From: Lama guanicoe
Taxonomy: Eukaryota
Assembly: GCA_013239625.1 (NCBI GenBank)
Contig: MU053379.1
Span: 922,974-986,973, forward strand
DNA: 64,000 nt
Direction: 5' to 3'
The translations under genes were made by a program, and so were the position numbers. Shown one piece after another: positions 12,031 to 25,959 of the stretch. Below the pieces are notes generated by a model, which worked only from the letters and a program-made list of their open reading frames with translations, had not been told where the DNA came from and made no database searches. Position 1 is the first letter of the stretch, and every line of letters starts with the position of its first letter.

Positions 12031-12554
12031 TATTCAAGAAACTAAATTTGTCTAGCAAGGGCTTTGATCAAGAGTAGGGAGAAGGCAGGGCTCCTGACCT
12101 CTTCACTTGGAGGACAGGCTCACTGGTGAGGTGGTCACCAGCCCATCAGGGACACAACCACAGACCCAAGTGCCACACGTTGAGTATCCTCTATACTCCA
12201 GACACTGCCCTGCATGCCGTGTCTCTATCAGTTAGGTCCCAGCGCGAAACCAATACCACACAAGTTCTTTCAACCGAGGGAATTTAATAAAGGAGATCTG
12301 TTTTGCAGCTTGGACTTTCTGAGGAACCAAACAAGGTGGCAAGGTGACCAGAGATTTTAGTTACAGCAGGAACTCACTGCCACACAAGGGCCAAGACAGG
12401 AAAAGACACAAAGAGGTGAGGTTACCAGAGCCCATGGTTCAGGCCACCTGGAAGGAGCTGAAACCACAGCGGAGATGTAGCCACTGCCAGGGAAGCCACC
12501 AGAAGCATGAGGTGGGATGGGAAGGGGCACCCTGACAACTACCCTCCGAGGTAC

Positions 12555-12670
12555 TTACTTTTATCCCACTTTAGAGATAAGGAAACTGAGTCTGGGAGAG
12601 TTAAGTGACTGACCCAACCAAAGTGAAGGTCAGTGAAGCCCTGATTTAAACCCAGGTCAGTGTGTCTGTC
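12555..12670 (-). mobile_element. MIR SINE
   Basis: cccactttagagataaggaaactgagtctgggagagttaagtgact. Confidence 0.8.
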
Positions 12671-13187
12671 TTCACAGCTCAGGCCAAACCAGTCACCTCA
12701 GGGGCTTTGTGAACCACGGCGAATTCAGCAACAACAGAAGACAATTTAGGAGCCACCATTTCCCGAAGACTTGATCAGTGTGGGGTCAGGGACCAAGGGC
12801 CCAGGGGTGACAATGGTGCTCGGCTTTCTCTCCTCTTCTGTCCCCCCCAGTCCCAGCTGTAGCCCACAGAGGAAAGTTAAGCCACAGCCAGGACTCTGGG
12901 TGTTGGGACTAAGGGTGATTTTTATTTTTTCCTTGTGCTCTTCTGTATTTTCCAAAACTTCCCAGAGGAACGTGCACATCCTCATTAATGAGAAGGACAG
13001 AGAGTCTCCAGGCATCACAGAAAAAGTAGCAGGCCCCAGAGAAGCCTTTAGCAGACAAAAATTGGGGCAAAAGATGATGACAGGAGGGAAGACTGGCCAA
13101 CGCAGACAGCTTGTCACTGTCCTGCTGCTGCCTCCCCTGGGAGGGGACACGACCAGGAGGGGACATGCCATGGTGTGGGCTTCCCTC

Positions 13188-13432
13188 CACACACACACAC
13201 ACACACACACACGACACACAAATGTACACACAAAAACACACGTGTGCTCTTATAAACTGAGACACACACACATACACACACATTTGCTTACATGTACACA
13301 CGAAACACACATATAAACACACATTCCCACGCATACACATATCCACACGTGCACACACCCTAACACACACTTGTATAGTTACACATGCCAAACAAACCTC
13401 TTGCACACATGCACGCACACACGGACACACAC
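13188..13432. repeat. Degenerate (CA)n low-complexity tract
   Basis: About 245 bp of interrupted CA repeats; source of the His/Thr- and Cys/Val-rich spurious ORFs. Confidence 0.95.
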
Positions 13433-14689
13433 AGGCTCGTTCTGCTTTACTTTGTAAACGGGACTTGGCAAAATTCCCCTGTCACCATGTCTCCCAAAGT
13501 ATCATCTGGCTTCCCTGGAGCGGCTCCGGGTGACACGGCCCAGGGTCGGGGACGCGTGCCCCTCAGGGGTGGGCTCCAGGGAGCACCTCCCCCTGTGACT
13601 TCGGCTGGGGTCACCCTGCATAGCTGCCCCCACTCTCAGGAGGGGCTGCTGTTTGCAGAGTCCACAGACAGGCCCCTGGAATCAGCATGCTTGGGCCAAG
13701 CCCCTGCCCCTCAGTTTGCCTCAGTTTCCTCATCTGTGGAAGGGGCCTCCAGCTTTAGAGACCCAGCACAGTGGGCCCCCCCTGTGCCGCATCAGGGCCT
13801 TGTAGCTCGAGCTGCAGACTCAGGGCCTCCTGACCCTGCAGGCGGCTGGAGGGGAATTTAATTCAGAGGCTGAAGTGCACCCACCACAGTCATTGTGGCT
13901 ATAAATACATATGTAGTCACTCATCAGAGAGCCCAGAAGTGCATTCACCCTCTCTGGCTCCCTGCAGGTTAACCGCAGCCCCACTCACCAGAAACATCTG
14001 CCTGCATGTTTCCTAGATGACAGTCTGAGCAGCAAAGGGCCTGGGATGGGGGAGCCAGCTGGGAGCTGACAGCCTCCAGGAGGTCTAGAACAGGAAGGGG
14101 GTGGCCCGCACTGTACCTGCAGGTGTGGGGACAGGGTCTCATGGGCAAGCCTGTGGCTTGTAAGCCCCAAGGCAGGGGACCTGCTCAGAGAAAGCTAAGA
14201 TTCCGCTACAAAGTGAGATAACCTTCCAAAGTGGGTGCCCCTCAGAGACTGAATTTAGAGGTTTTGCCTCGTTAGAGAAAGATCTTTCCCGTTACATCAC
14301 AGGATGGTTGAGGACAGGAAATCAGCTTGAAATGACCTGAACTCAACATCCCTTAGAAGAGGGGAAGTGAGCCCCCAGTGATCCAGGAGTAAGGAGTGGG
14401 CCCACCAGGAAAGAGGTAATCCCAGGGTGTCCAGAGTAGTGCTGCACTTTGACCCTGGTGAGAGAGCCCCTGCCCCGAGCATTGGGCCCTATAGAGCCCC
14501 AACTCTGGCTCTTCTGGGCCATGCTTCTCCCTACAGAGTCAGGAGCTGGTGAGGCCACGGGGAGATGCCCAGCTAGATGATCCTACGTGCCCCTTCTTTT
14601 AGGGTAAATCCCTAGGCCCAAGGAGTGGTCCAGGGGCCGCTGTCTGCAAGATGCCTACCGCGGTAGCTGCGGCAGCCAGGGTCCCAATG

Positions 14690-15115
14690 GGAAACCAGAG
14701 CCCAGGCCAAGTGGTTCAATAGTAAATTAACACAAGGTAGCAGTAGCTGAAAAACTAACAGGGGTCAGCGAAGAAGCCTAGATCTTAGAAGCAGTAAGAA
14801 ACTGCTGCTTCCCTAGGGCTGGAGGGACAAAGTAAGAGAGGGTATTATCAGGAGCTGGACCCATGCCCAGCAGGAGCTGGAACCGTGGACGGGACACAGC
14901 CACAGCTGGAGTCACCACTCCGGGCAGGGAGGTCTGCGGGGAACCTTACCCCGGCTTCTCCCTTCCTCCCAGGCGCCACTCTCCCTCCAGTGCTTCCCAT
15001 TGGCTGAAGCCACAGGAAGCCCGCGTGCAAGGGAGCCTGGGAAATGTAGTCCACAGGGTCTGGCTCCGCAACCCGGCGGAGCGAGGGAGGGGGAGGGGGA
15101 ATCTGATGGCGAATA
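14690..15115. mobile_element. Ancient ERVL-type LTR fragment
   Basis: ctccagtgcttcccattggctgaagcc...gcaagggagcctgggaaatgtagtcc resembles old ERVL LTRs; family uncertain. Confidence 0.5.
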
Positions 15116-17096
15116 GGAGGACTGTAGCTAATGGCTCATCTGCACCATGGAGAGGAGACGGTCGGCTACGCCTGCCTGATGGCAGGAGACTGCCTCTGCT
15201 GACACTTTGGCGTCTCCTCTGATCCATACAGCAGCGGAGGGGTGAATCTTGAGGGAGCAGACGCTGTCACCCTCTCCCCATCAGGAGAGAGTGGGGGAAT
15301 GACCTTGTGGGCACTTCAGGTCACTTGACCTAGGGTCTGGGGAGTTAGCACAGCTGGATTCCAACCCTTGACCCTCCTTGCACAGTGGCTCCTGAGTGGC
15401 CCTGGCAGCCAGAGCTGGGCATCTAACTCCCGGTCAGCAGAGTGACGGTCAGCATGGGAGTGGGAGGCAGTTGCTGTCGGCGAAGCGTTTAGGAGACGAG
15501 GCGCTAAGCTTCATGCTTTAGGTGGACTGTTTCCTTCTTTTAATAATCTCCAACCTCTAAGATACACACCAAGTGTGTCCCCATAAAACCCAGGAAAAAA
15601 AATTCTTAGAGCCCCCCCAGAATTAAAAAGTGAGTCCCAGGTGTCCACAAATAACTGAGCAAATTCAAAATCCTGAAACTGAAAAATGCAAACCTCCTAA
15701 GTCTGTGCACGTGTAACGTGACTGCTTGAGGCCAAACTAGACCTTCAGGAGTCAACATGATTGTCTATTAAGTAGATAGGAAAAAAATTCAGTTCTGCAT
15801 ATGTTCTATGTAACAAGCATGTGTCAGCACTACTGCTGTTTTCAATATTTATTGTGATTCAACATCATAAATTTTTCACAAGACATCATAAGTTAGAGGA
15901 AGAAATGGAGGATCAGAGAGGTGACGTAACCTGCCCAGGGTCACACAGCTTATCCATGAGAGACAGCGTGTCATTCAATGATGGAGTGACACTAATTAAC
16001 CTTCTGCACACTACTGACATTTCCTCACTTACCCAATCAAGTTCAAGGCTCCTGGCCCCTGGGCTGAGGTGGGCAGGGAAGGGGGAGATGTTGGGTGTGT
16101 ATGTTCTGACAGCATCCCAATGTCAAATACAATCTGGAGGAGGCAACCGAGTGAGATGTCACCGCTGAGTCCGTGTCACCACAGTGAGCACACTGCATGC
16201 GAATGGAATGGGGTCACCCCCATTGGTAGAGTCAACTCCCAGAAGCTTCTCTGGTTCTCCCTGGCTTTTCCCTTTAAGCCAATAAGAAGACCACATATCG
16301 AAGGGGCTGCGGAGCTCTCCAGTCTCCCTTGCCCTGTGCAGGCCCAGAGGGGTTGAGTGACTTGCCCAAGGTCACTGGGTGGAGGAGAACCACACGCCAT
16401 GGCCTGCAGCTGCAACCCCGTTTCCTGGCCTGCTTCCTCTCTCGCCCTCTAGAATGCCCCTTTGCCTCGAGAGTTTCGGTGGTTCAAACCTAGAGGGCAG
16501 AATGAGCTGGGTTGTGTTTTCACACACCCTTCACAGGTCACAGGCAAGATTTTACTCTTGAACTGAAAGTAGGAATTTATTAAGAATGGTTTAAGGCATA
16601 GCTCTCTCCCCACTCCCCACCCGAAACACATTAGGATCTTTTCTCCCCACCCAAAAAGAAAAAATTATTCTACAGGGCAGAAAAGAGAAATTTGTGAATT
16701 TTCCCATTCCTGGTGGGACATTTCCCCCAAAAGGCAATTAAGTCTTCACTGCTCAATAGGAAGAGGGCAGAACCCAGCCCCGCAGCTGCGTGTGACAGAC
16801 AAAGGCAAGTGAGAGGAGAGCTCAGCTCAGCTCAGCTCAGGTCCAAGGCCACAGACTCAGGCCTCTCGTCCAAGCCTTCTATCAGGGAGCCAGTGAATCC
16901 ACATCTGCCGGGTTCCTCTAGGCTGCGTGGAGGGGAGGATTAAGATTCTCCCAGAATTCATGTGCTGTGGGGTCAGCAATGCTGACAGCTGAGTTCATGG
17001 CTAATGAGCTACAGGGAGCAGGAGGCTCCTTCTTCCTCACTCGGAGATGGACAGTCCTGTTGGAAGCTGAGCTACCTCTGTACACAAGGATGGTCT

Positions 17097-17580
17097 TATA
17101 TCAGTGAGCTTTTGCTGCATAACAAACTACCCCAAAACTCAGGAGTTTAAAACAATAACCACTTATTTAGCTTATGGTTCTGCAGGTTAGCAATTTGGGC
17201 TGGGCTCAGCTCAGCTGGCTGGTTCTTTTGGCCCCGGCTGCCCTCACTCCTACATCTTTGGCCAGCATCAGGGTTTGCCAGGCCTGGCTGATCTAGGATG
17301 GCTTAGCTGAGGTGGGGTGCCTCAGCCCCTGGGGGCCTCTCATTCTCAGCAGGGAGGCCTGGACTCCATACATGGGAGCTGGCAGGATCCCAAGACAAGA
17401 CCAGACGAACCCAAGGTCACAGAGTCACTTTGACTATATTCCAATGACTAAGTTAAGTCACAAGGGCAGGCCTGATTCAAGGAATGGGAAACTGGCCCCA
17501 GCTTTTCATGGGAGAAGCTGCAAAGTCCCCTCACAATGGGGCATGGTACAGGGGAGGACTGTCACCATGTGCGTAGATGA
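17097..17580 (-). mobile_element. MaLR LTR (MLT1)
   Basis: ttgctgcataacaaactaccccaaaactcaggagtttaaaacaataacc...gcaatttgggctgggctcagct. Confidence 0.85.
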
Positions 17581-17733
17581 TCCCCCCCAGATGTCCTTTC
17601 TAAATTCTTCTAGGAGCAAAGCAGGGGCTCCAGACTGGAAAAAAAAAAGTTGAATAGAGTAGCCCATCTAAGCAAGGATTCTGTGGCACCAGCCTGATGG
17701 GCACCTGCTAAAGGCACACACCTTAAGCCTTAG

Positions 17734-17912
17734 CAGTGGTGAGCTGGAGCCCGTGAGCGCTAGTTCACCAGAGCCAGCTGGTAAATACTCAGGAATTTTG
17801 TGAGCCTGTTGTTAAACTGTCAGAGCTTGAAATTGGCCACGGTGGGAGTATTTACACCCTGAGAATTGGCAAGCACCACAAATCAGAGAGCTGGTTTACC
17901 AGTGCACCACAG
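17734..17912. mobile_element. MER63-type hAT DNA transposon
   Basis: Imperfect inverted ends cagtggtgagctgg...ccagtgcaccacag; internal cttgaaattggccacggtgggagtatttacacc. Confidence 0.75.
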
Positions 17913-18389
17913 CCCTGAGGCCAAAACAAACACTTTCTCTTCTAGTCTAATAAGTAAGATGGACAGGTACGTAGTGAAAGCCTATAACACAGTCATCAGA
18001 AGATGGTGAGAGCGGTCCAAGAAGCCCATGAAGAGACGGGAGACTTTGAGGGAGAAGAACTCATACTTCCAGGGGGCGGGGTGGGGCGGGGATTAGGTAG
18101 GGCATCATGGAGGAGGTGGCCTTTTAGCTGGGCCTCAAAGGGTAAGTAAAGACTGCCTCAACCAGAGGTAAGGCAAAGGCAGAGTGGGGCTGAGATCACA
18201 GCGGGTTGAGGACTATGACTTTGGCTTCCAGTGACAGGAGTTTAATTCTCCGCATCGTGACTTGAGAAGGAAGTGGTCCAGGCAGGCACATGGCCCTGCC
18301 CACTGCCCCGGGTTCTGGAATCTCAGAGAACAGGTGCAGGACCTTCTCTCTCTCCCTCCCCGTCTCAGCAGCAGCAGTGGTCCACCCGC

Positions 18390-18510
18390 CCCGGGTTTGA
18401 CACCCGGCTGTGTGCGCTTGGACAAGCTGCTCAGTCTTTCTGAATCCTAGTTTCCTCCTCGGTGAAATGGATCGAAAGTAACTCCAGGGTCACCAGGATC
18501 CAGAGGGTGC
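18390..18510 (+). mobile_element. MIR SINE
   Basis: gctgtgtgcgcttggacaagctgctcagtctttctgaatcctagtttcctc. Confidence 0.65.
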
Positions 18511-20729
18511 ATCCGGGGAGGAAGATCTGCGAACATGGTGACAGTCTTCCCCTCCTCCCTGCATCCGTGCCCCTGTGTGAGGGGGCTTTGCCGCTTCTCC
18601 CACGAAGAGCTGGGGCCTGTTTCCCAATCCTTGAATCAGGCCTGGCCTTGTGACTTAGCCGTTGGAATATGGCTGAGCACGTTGGAATAACAGCTTGGTG
18701 GCTGACCCCAGGGTAGACACTCTTGGGGAGTGTGTGTGTGAGAGAGACAGACAGACAGACAGACAGGCAGATGGGTTCTTTCCTTCTTCCCAGGCCCTGG
18801 CCATGTCCTTCCCGCCTCCCTCCATCTGCTCCTGGTGGGGCAGGACGGCTGTGGGGAGAAGGCCCAGATGGCCTGGCCTCGTGGAGGCTGGTTCTCCGTG
18901 GGCAGCTGTGCCGAACCTTGGCTACTCCAGTCCAGCTTCACTGAGGGAGCCACTTCAAACAAAGGGTCCGTGGGGAAACCTGGCCCCAGTACCCAGCCCC
19001 CAGCCTGTCACCTTCACCCACAGCCCATGCCCTCTAGGAAAGGGCTGTACCAGCCAGACCTGCCTGAAAAGGCCTCTTTGGAAAACAGTGCCGACCCCTC
19101 CAGGTACAAGGGGGAGGGCTGTGCCCCTGAGGCAGGGCCGGGTACAAGTGAGGAGGGCGTGAGGGCAGGAAACCGGCGGGGGCAGGGATCCAGGCAAATA
19201 CTTGGCAGATCAATGCTCAAGGCTGACCCTGATGTTTCACCACCGGGTCCAGCTGCTCTCCCCCACACCTCCCCTCACTACAGGGACAAGTGTTTCTAGC
19301 TGAGGTCAGGGGCCCACCCATTTTCCCAACCCTTGGCCTAGAGTGCCCCGCCTTGCCCATCCAACCCCAAGAGGTCCCAGGACAAATCATTTTCTCCCCC
19401 AGAGTGAGCCTCCGGGAGAGGCCAGCATCAGGCACCAAGCGCATCCCCATGGAGAAAGCACAGCTCGCCTGTGCTGCCCCAGCCGCCCCAGCGCACCTCC
19501 CCGGCCCCTCCAGCTGGTGAGGACGTCCCTTCCAAGCCCCTGTGGGAGACAGCCTCGGAGGGAGCCGGACCCACATGCCCCGCAGCTGGAGAGGGAGTCC
19601 TGCGCTTCCTCGGAAAGCTTCTGCGCCCTGCCAGCCAGAGCCAAGAGCTCGGCCCTGCCTCTCCGAGTGCTTTGTTCCACTTACTGGAGGGCTAAAAATA
19701 ACCTGGCACTGCCACGGCAGGCCTTGAGAGCCCAGGGGAGCCGGCGCGGGGAGCGGCGATCCAGCACCTGGCACAGTTAAAAGGAGAAATACAGTCCCTC
19801 CGTCAGCTCAGAAGGAGCCAGCCTCCTGGGCGCAGCACCCGCCCTGCCCCCACCACTTTGTCTCCAAGGCTTTCCCTCGGGTTTCTTCCTCCTGCAAGTG
19901 AAGGAGCTTCCCTGCACCCCTGCTCCCGCTGCGTCCCCCCCCACTCTTTCTCCTTCCCCAGCCTGGACCACCTTCATCCCTGGCTGGAGCCTGGGGCTGC
20001 CTGCCTGATGACTGCCGTTTAACACGTGTCAGAGCAGCGGCTCTCCTGCGGAATGCCCAGGAAACTTCAAATTCTTCTGGCAAAGCCACAATTAGCAACC
20101 AGGCTTAAACTGAAAATTCCCTTAGTGGGTACTAACCCAGCGGCTTAAATTCAAGAGACGTGTCTTGACATCCTGCCTCGGTCAGTCTTAATCTTCTCCA
20201 GACGTCAAGCCTCTTTGAAAATCCGATGAAAGCTGTGGGCCCAGAGCAGCCTCCTCCAAGCAGTTTGAGAGACTGTGTGGATAGTGTGAATCCCATCCAG
20301 GACCCTCCCCGCCCAAGTGCTGGAAGCCGGGGCAGAGGGAGAAAAGGCACGCACACACCAGCCAACGCTGCGCGCGTGGAGGGCTGAGGGCCAGGGGCTG
20401 TGTGAGGAGGGCCAGGACAAACTAGGTGTGGAGGGAAGAGGGTGTATTAGAATGGGGTTTTGAAGGCCAGATAAGATTTAACCAGAGAGAAAATGTACAG
20501 TTACCAAACTTGTGGTCATAGGACATGAAAAAGCAAACTTGTTTGGAAGCAGGGACGGATGAAGAACTGCTACATGGTGTAAGGGCCAGTGTATTGGTTT
20601 TCCATTGCTGTGTAACAAGCAACACACTCATTATTTCACCTTCCCTTTGGGAAGGTGGTTGCCATGGTTACAGGGGAGCAGGGCTGTAGCCATGGGGATG
20701 GAGAAGAAAGACCCAGTATCCACCTGGCT

Positions 20730-21030
20730 GACCCTCGTTTCCTTTTGGCCTCTACTCAAATGTCAGCTGGTCAGTAAGGCTTTCCCTGTCTGCCTGCTTC
20801 TTCTCCCAGCCCCTGCCCCAGCCGTGCTGTCTCACAGCCCTTAACCACCATTTCTCATGCTCTGTGTTTGCCTATTTACCTACTCATGTCCTTCTCTCCC
20901 TCATAGAGTGTAAACATTTCGCTTGGTTGACTGCTGTATTTCCAGCCACCAGAACAGTGCCTGGGGTAGAGTACACGTTCCGCATATATTTGCTAACTCA
21001 AAGAATAAATGAATGAATGGATGAATGAGT
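20730..21030 (+). mobile_element. L2 3' end
   Basis: ctcaaatgtcagc...aggctttccctg...gctgtatttccagccaccagaacagtgcctgg...gaatgaatggatgaatga tail. Confidence 0.8.
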
Positions 21031-21099
21031 TCAAGAGAAATTCTGGCAATAGACTTGCTAGAACTCCATGCAGTTAATTCCCTGGCAGCAGAAGAAGGA

Positions 21100-21720
21100 A
21101 GCACTGGTGACGCACTGCGGTTTCTGTCTTGATGGATTACATGGCGGCGCCCAGCACCACTGGAAGGGGTGGATCAAAGAGGGATGTGGGCACTGAGTTT
21201 AACTTTGATCGAGGTGGTTGAGATCTGCCAGGTCGGGATATTTAGGGAGAAGTCGGAATTGTGAGATTCAGAGCTCGTGAGATAAGTAGGAAACAAGGGA
21301 ACAGATTCTGCGGTCAGCGCTAATACAGAGTAGATGAAGTCATGAGGTTAAATGACAGGTGAGAACCAAGGATGCGCGTGGAAGGAAGGAGCCAGTCTGC
21401 GAGGCAGGAGAAGATGCAAGGATGCCACAGAAAGAGTTCCTGGAAGGAAGGCAGGTCATGGTCAGTGCTACAGAGAAGCAAAGAAACAAGACAAGAACCA
21501 AGAGGATTCGGTGACTAAGGGTCGCTGGTGACCACGTGAGGGCAATCTCAGAGGAGTGGAGGATTCCAAGTCGAGGAGAGGCTGAAAATGGGTATCAGTT
21601 CCTCCTTCAAGGAGGAACATGAGGCAATGCTGGGAACAGACCTGATGGCGAGGGAGGGAGGCGGGGAGAAGAGGATGGATCCAAGGAGAGGAAGGAGATT
21701 CCGGGATGGACAAGAGTTGC
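21100..21720 (-). mobile_element. L2 LINE fragment
   Basis: Degenerate antisense L2 motifs (gagtttaactttg; ggtcgctggtgacc...tctcagaggagtgg). Confidence 0.55.
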
Positions 21721-23137
21721 TGGCCTAAAGGTGCAGACCTAGCAAGTGCACCTGAATACTTCCCCCACCTGCCCCGCCCGCCCCGCTTGGAGAGAAGATT
21801 AAAAGAGAATCGTCAGGGGAGCTAAGGGGTCTGAGGGCTGCGGTGACCCAGGGAGCACACTGCTCTCCCCTGTTCCTCCAGGGCTGGAGCCCATGACAGC
21901 ATCTTCTAAAAGCAGATGGCATTTTCTAAAACCGGCCGCAACATCCCATCCCATGTGCTTCCCTCCAGTGGGACCATGACACAGCCCTCCTGTGTCCTCC
22001 ACCTTGAACCTGGTGGGCCTCTGTGACTCAGCTAGGAGACTCTGGCATGAACCCATGGTGGGTGACCTCATCCTCGTGGTTGGACCTCACGGCTGGACAG
22101 GGCCATGCAGCTTCTGAAGGTACCTCTCTTTGTCCTCAATAAGCCACCAGGGAATAAGTCTGATTATCCTAAAACCACCACAAAGAGGGACCCTCAGCCT
22201 GGCCTCAGCTGAATTCCCAGCCAGCACATCCAGGCGGCACCTGTCACCATGACTCTTGACCATAATCTGCCTTGTTCCCTGGGGAGTTTCCCAGGGCCCT
22301 GCCCCTCCCCCACCCACCACCGTGCATTCCCCCATCCACACCCCCTCCAGGGCCCACTGATAAGCAAGCAGGCCCTGGGTGGGGTGTCCACCCTGAGCAG
22401 GTCCCAAAGGTCCCATCATGGGCACAGGTCACCTGCCCAGCTCCCAGCTCCCCACCACTCCACCCCAGGAAACACAGAAAATCCACAGACCGTCCCAGGC
22501 CCAGCTGCACTCCAGGAAGAAACTGGGCAGGCCGCCCAGAATTACACAAAATGGACTTTGGGCTGATTGCCCAAGCTGGACTGATGCCCCCACCTTCTTA
22601 GAAAGGGCACTCTCCGGAACCGAGGCCACAGCTTGTCACGAAAGCCAGATGTTGGCAGAGCAGGACAGACCAGTGAGAGGGGCCCCTGGGGGTAGGACCA
22701 GGCACATCCCTAGTGCCTCTCCCAGCCTGTTGGTGGGGGGAGGGGAAGAAGGCCCTCACATGCTGGGCGTACATCATCCCCGTCACTGCAGCAGCCCGGC
22801 TGCTTCCGAGAAAGGACAGCTGAGGCGTGTGGGACTCAGCCCCCAAACCCCAGCCTTTAGCCATGAGAGAAATAGAGTTTAGGGAGCATCACAAGATGGT
22901 CCTCCTTCGAGCAAAACCGGTAAATGAAAATCAGAAAAAAATATCCTGTACTTGTGCTAGGGTACATGTCACCTGCCATTTAAGACAGGATTTGACTGAT
23001 TATTTAAACTGCTTTATTCTCTGGTACCCGTTCTTTTAATAAATACTCAATGAGTATCTAATATCGCCAAGCACCAAAAGAAAAATACATGTTTTCATGA
23101 ATACATATATGTGAGAATATGCAATGGCTATCTCCAG

Positions 23138-23315
23138 AACAGTGGTTCTAACCAGGGCCCCTGGGGACATTTGCCAATGTCTGGGGACACTTTTGGCATC
23201 TGGAGGACAGAGGCCAGGGATGATGCTAAAAATCTTGCAATGCCCAGGACAGTCCCCACAACACAGAATTATTTGGTCTGAAATGTTATTAGTGCTATGA
23301 CTGAGAAACCCTGGC
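23138..23315. mobile_element. MER20 (hAT-Charlie)
   Basis: cagtggttctaaccaggg...ggggacatttgccaatgtctggggaca...gaggccagggatgatgctaaa...tgagaaaccctg. Confidence 0.85.
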
Positions 23316-23631
23316 CTGAAAAGATTAACATAACACAAGGAACAGGTGAGGGGTGGCTACCTGTGGGCCAGGGGTCCTGGGAGACCAGGATACACGGATG
23401 TGCAGGATGGTAGTTCTTCACTGTGTGCCTCTTTGAACCATTTTTGTAGGATTTCTTACCGAACGCATGTATGACTTATTTTCTCAAATGAATAACTCTG
23501 ACTTGTTGCAGCCATACTTATCTGGTGACCTGCTCCCAGTTGTTGGGGGAAAGGAGTTTGAAGAGGAGGGAAGGCCAGGGCATGCACAGACCCTGCCACC
23601 TGCAGCCCATGGTCCGTCCAGCCTCCTCCGG

Positions 23632-23840
23632 TCTAGGGCTTCTCAACCTCACCCACTGGCAAGACGGCCCGGGTCATCCTTCTTGTCCTGTGCATTGTAG
23701 GAGGCTTAGCAGCATCCCTGGCTTCTGCCCAGTAGATGCCAGTAGCACCCTCCCCCTCGTGACAACCAAAAATATTCCCAGATACTTCCAAATGTCCGGG
23801 GGCAAGGGAGATAAAATTGCCCCTGGTTGGGATCCACTGT
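23632..23840. mobile_element. MER20 (hAT-Charlie), opposite orientation to the copy at 23138
   Basis: agggcttctcaacctca...ttagcagcatccctggcttctgcccagtagatgccagtagcacc...gtgacaaccaaaaat. Confidence 0.85.
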
Positions 23841-24519
23841 GCCAAACCTACACTGCAAATCCAAACACAAAGAAGCTCCCATTCACTGACCTCATGAATT
23901 TACAGTGGTCCAGCCGCCTGCGGGAAGTGTTGCTCACAGATCCCTGAGAGTAAGAGGGACTTCAGGGCTTCCCTGAACCGTCCACCCATCTCACCCAGGA
24001 GGAAATACAGCAGAGGTGTGATGCGGCCAAAGTCACACAGTGAATGACGACCAGGTGATGCTGGCAGGACTCTATTCCCTGTGGCATCCCAAGATATCCC
24101 TTGGAGACTTTCCTTGTTCATCCACTCCCTGTTCCGTGGGCCCCCCAGCCTCTTCCAGGAGCCAGCATGGGGTGTTTTCTGCATTCACCCTGTTTGTCAA
24201 GAAGCAATCGCTCAAGTGCTCCCAGCACAGCATGGGCTCCAGGGGGAACTGGCTTATTTGTGGACACAAAGCTGTCTCCTAGGGGCTCCTTCTGCAGCCA
24301 CAGGCAGCTGGGACCTGGGGAAACCCAATTTGTAAAACTCTCCGACTTCTCTGCAGCAGAGAGTGGCAGGGAGGAATGGCATGAGATTCAACATCCACCT
24401 TGTTTCAGCTTGTTTGGGGAAGGCAAGTCGGGGTGAGCCTGCCCTTGGCAATGACGTCGGCCAAGCAAGTCGGTCCCTTCTCTTCTTCTGGTGTGAAAGC
24501 CAGGTTGCTTTTCCCACTG

Positions 24520-24760
24520 TGAAGAACCCAGGCTTTGAAGCCGGACTGCCTGCGTTTGTAACCACTCTGCTACTTCCTGGCTGTGTGGTCTCAGGCAAGC
24601 TACTTAACTTCTCTGAGCCTGAGTAGCTGATCAATAAAAAGTGATGATAACAGTGACCTCTTCATAGTATCACTAGGGTCAGCTGAAATACACCTGATGT
24701 TCTTAGCAGGTGACCAGCACGTTGTAACTAGAGTTACAAGATCCCTGCTATTACTGTATC
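24520..24760 (+). mobile_element. MIR SINE
   Basis: ggctttgaagccggactgcctg...gctgtgtggtctcaggcaagctacttaacttctctgagcct. Confidence 0.85.
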
Positions 24761-25959
24761 ATTCATTATAAATATAGTTATAAATACAATGTTTAATAAT
24801 ATAAATATCACATATTATCATAAATATAATAATACCATGGTTCATGAGCCCAATACAGGTTTTCACAAATAAATTCCGATTTGGGGAAAAACGGGCTGGA
24901 AAACTAATGAAAAATTTCTAGTCCTTTGTATGACATCCCTCGCCCATCCTATACTGGAAAATAAAAAGATTTTTTAAAAACAAATTTTAATAGTGTTCTA
25001 GCTCATCTGAACAGCACACAGTTGCCCTGTTCTTGGTTTCGGCTGTCTTCCAGCTGCGGTGTTTTTCTCATTGATCAGAGAGAAATCCCCAAGGTCTGGC
25101 AAAGGAAGCTTTTAATTGCTCTGGATGGACTGCTTTTTGGCTTAGCTACTCAGGCATATAGTTGATATAGAGAGAGAGGATATCACTTTGAGATTGCTTT
25201 GAGATAAATATATAGTCAGACCTCCCCTTTCCCAACCAGACCTAAAAGAGACCCCTGGCCTGGCTCCCCCAGCTCTGGGGAAAGAGGGCACAAAGCAGGA
25301 ACTGTATTTTCCTGATCTTTATCAAAGTAATGGTGGGTGATAATAACGGCGCTCTTCTGCCTCCTATGCGCTTGCTGTAGGTTCGATTTCCCCAGAGGCA
25401 GACCTGAGACAAGCATCCTCGTCAACTTACTTCGTTTGGAGGGAATCCTGGAGGCACCAGGGAGAAGGAAAGTAACAGCCTATAAAGTCTGGGCTGTCAA
25501 GCAGGTTACCACTGGGGCACCAGGACCGTAACCCCCCCGGGAACTGTGGGGGCAGGTGCAGAGCACACGCTCCAGCATCGACTTGTTCAAGGGACGAGGA
25601 AGCTGGGGGATTTATACCCCAGCCCATCAGTCACAGAGTGAGGGCTGCTCCTGGGGTATCAATTCCTGGCCCTGGTAGTCACCCCCAGTGCAGGCAGCCA
25701 GAGGTGGCCCTGGGGCAGAGAGTCACAAGGGATAGAGTGGGGCCTTCTGGAAAGGGGATGTTGGGGGAGAAAGGGCACCGACAGCACCCAAATAACAAAC
25801 CCCAAAATACGATGATTCCTTATTTCCCCACTCAAAAGACCCAAAGGATGTGCGACCTGATTGAATATGTAATCTTTTTTTAAGTAGGTGAAATAGTTAA
25901 ATGTCTATTTAAACAATTAACTTATGACTTGTCATTCATGCCTACGATCACGTTAGTAT

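Noticed and set aside
12746..13430. His/Thr-rich and Cys/Val-rich ORFs
   Set aside because: Translations of the (CA)n tract
25410..25470. Minus-strand micro-exon ctccag|GATTCCCTCCAAACGAA|gtaagt
   Set aside because: Good donor but only 17 nt, with no partner exons identified; likely chance
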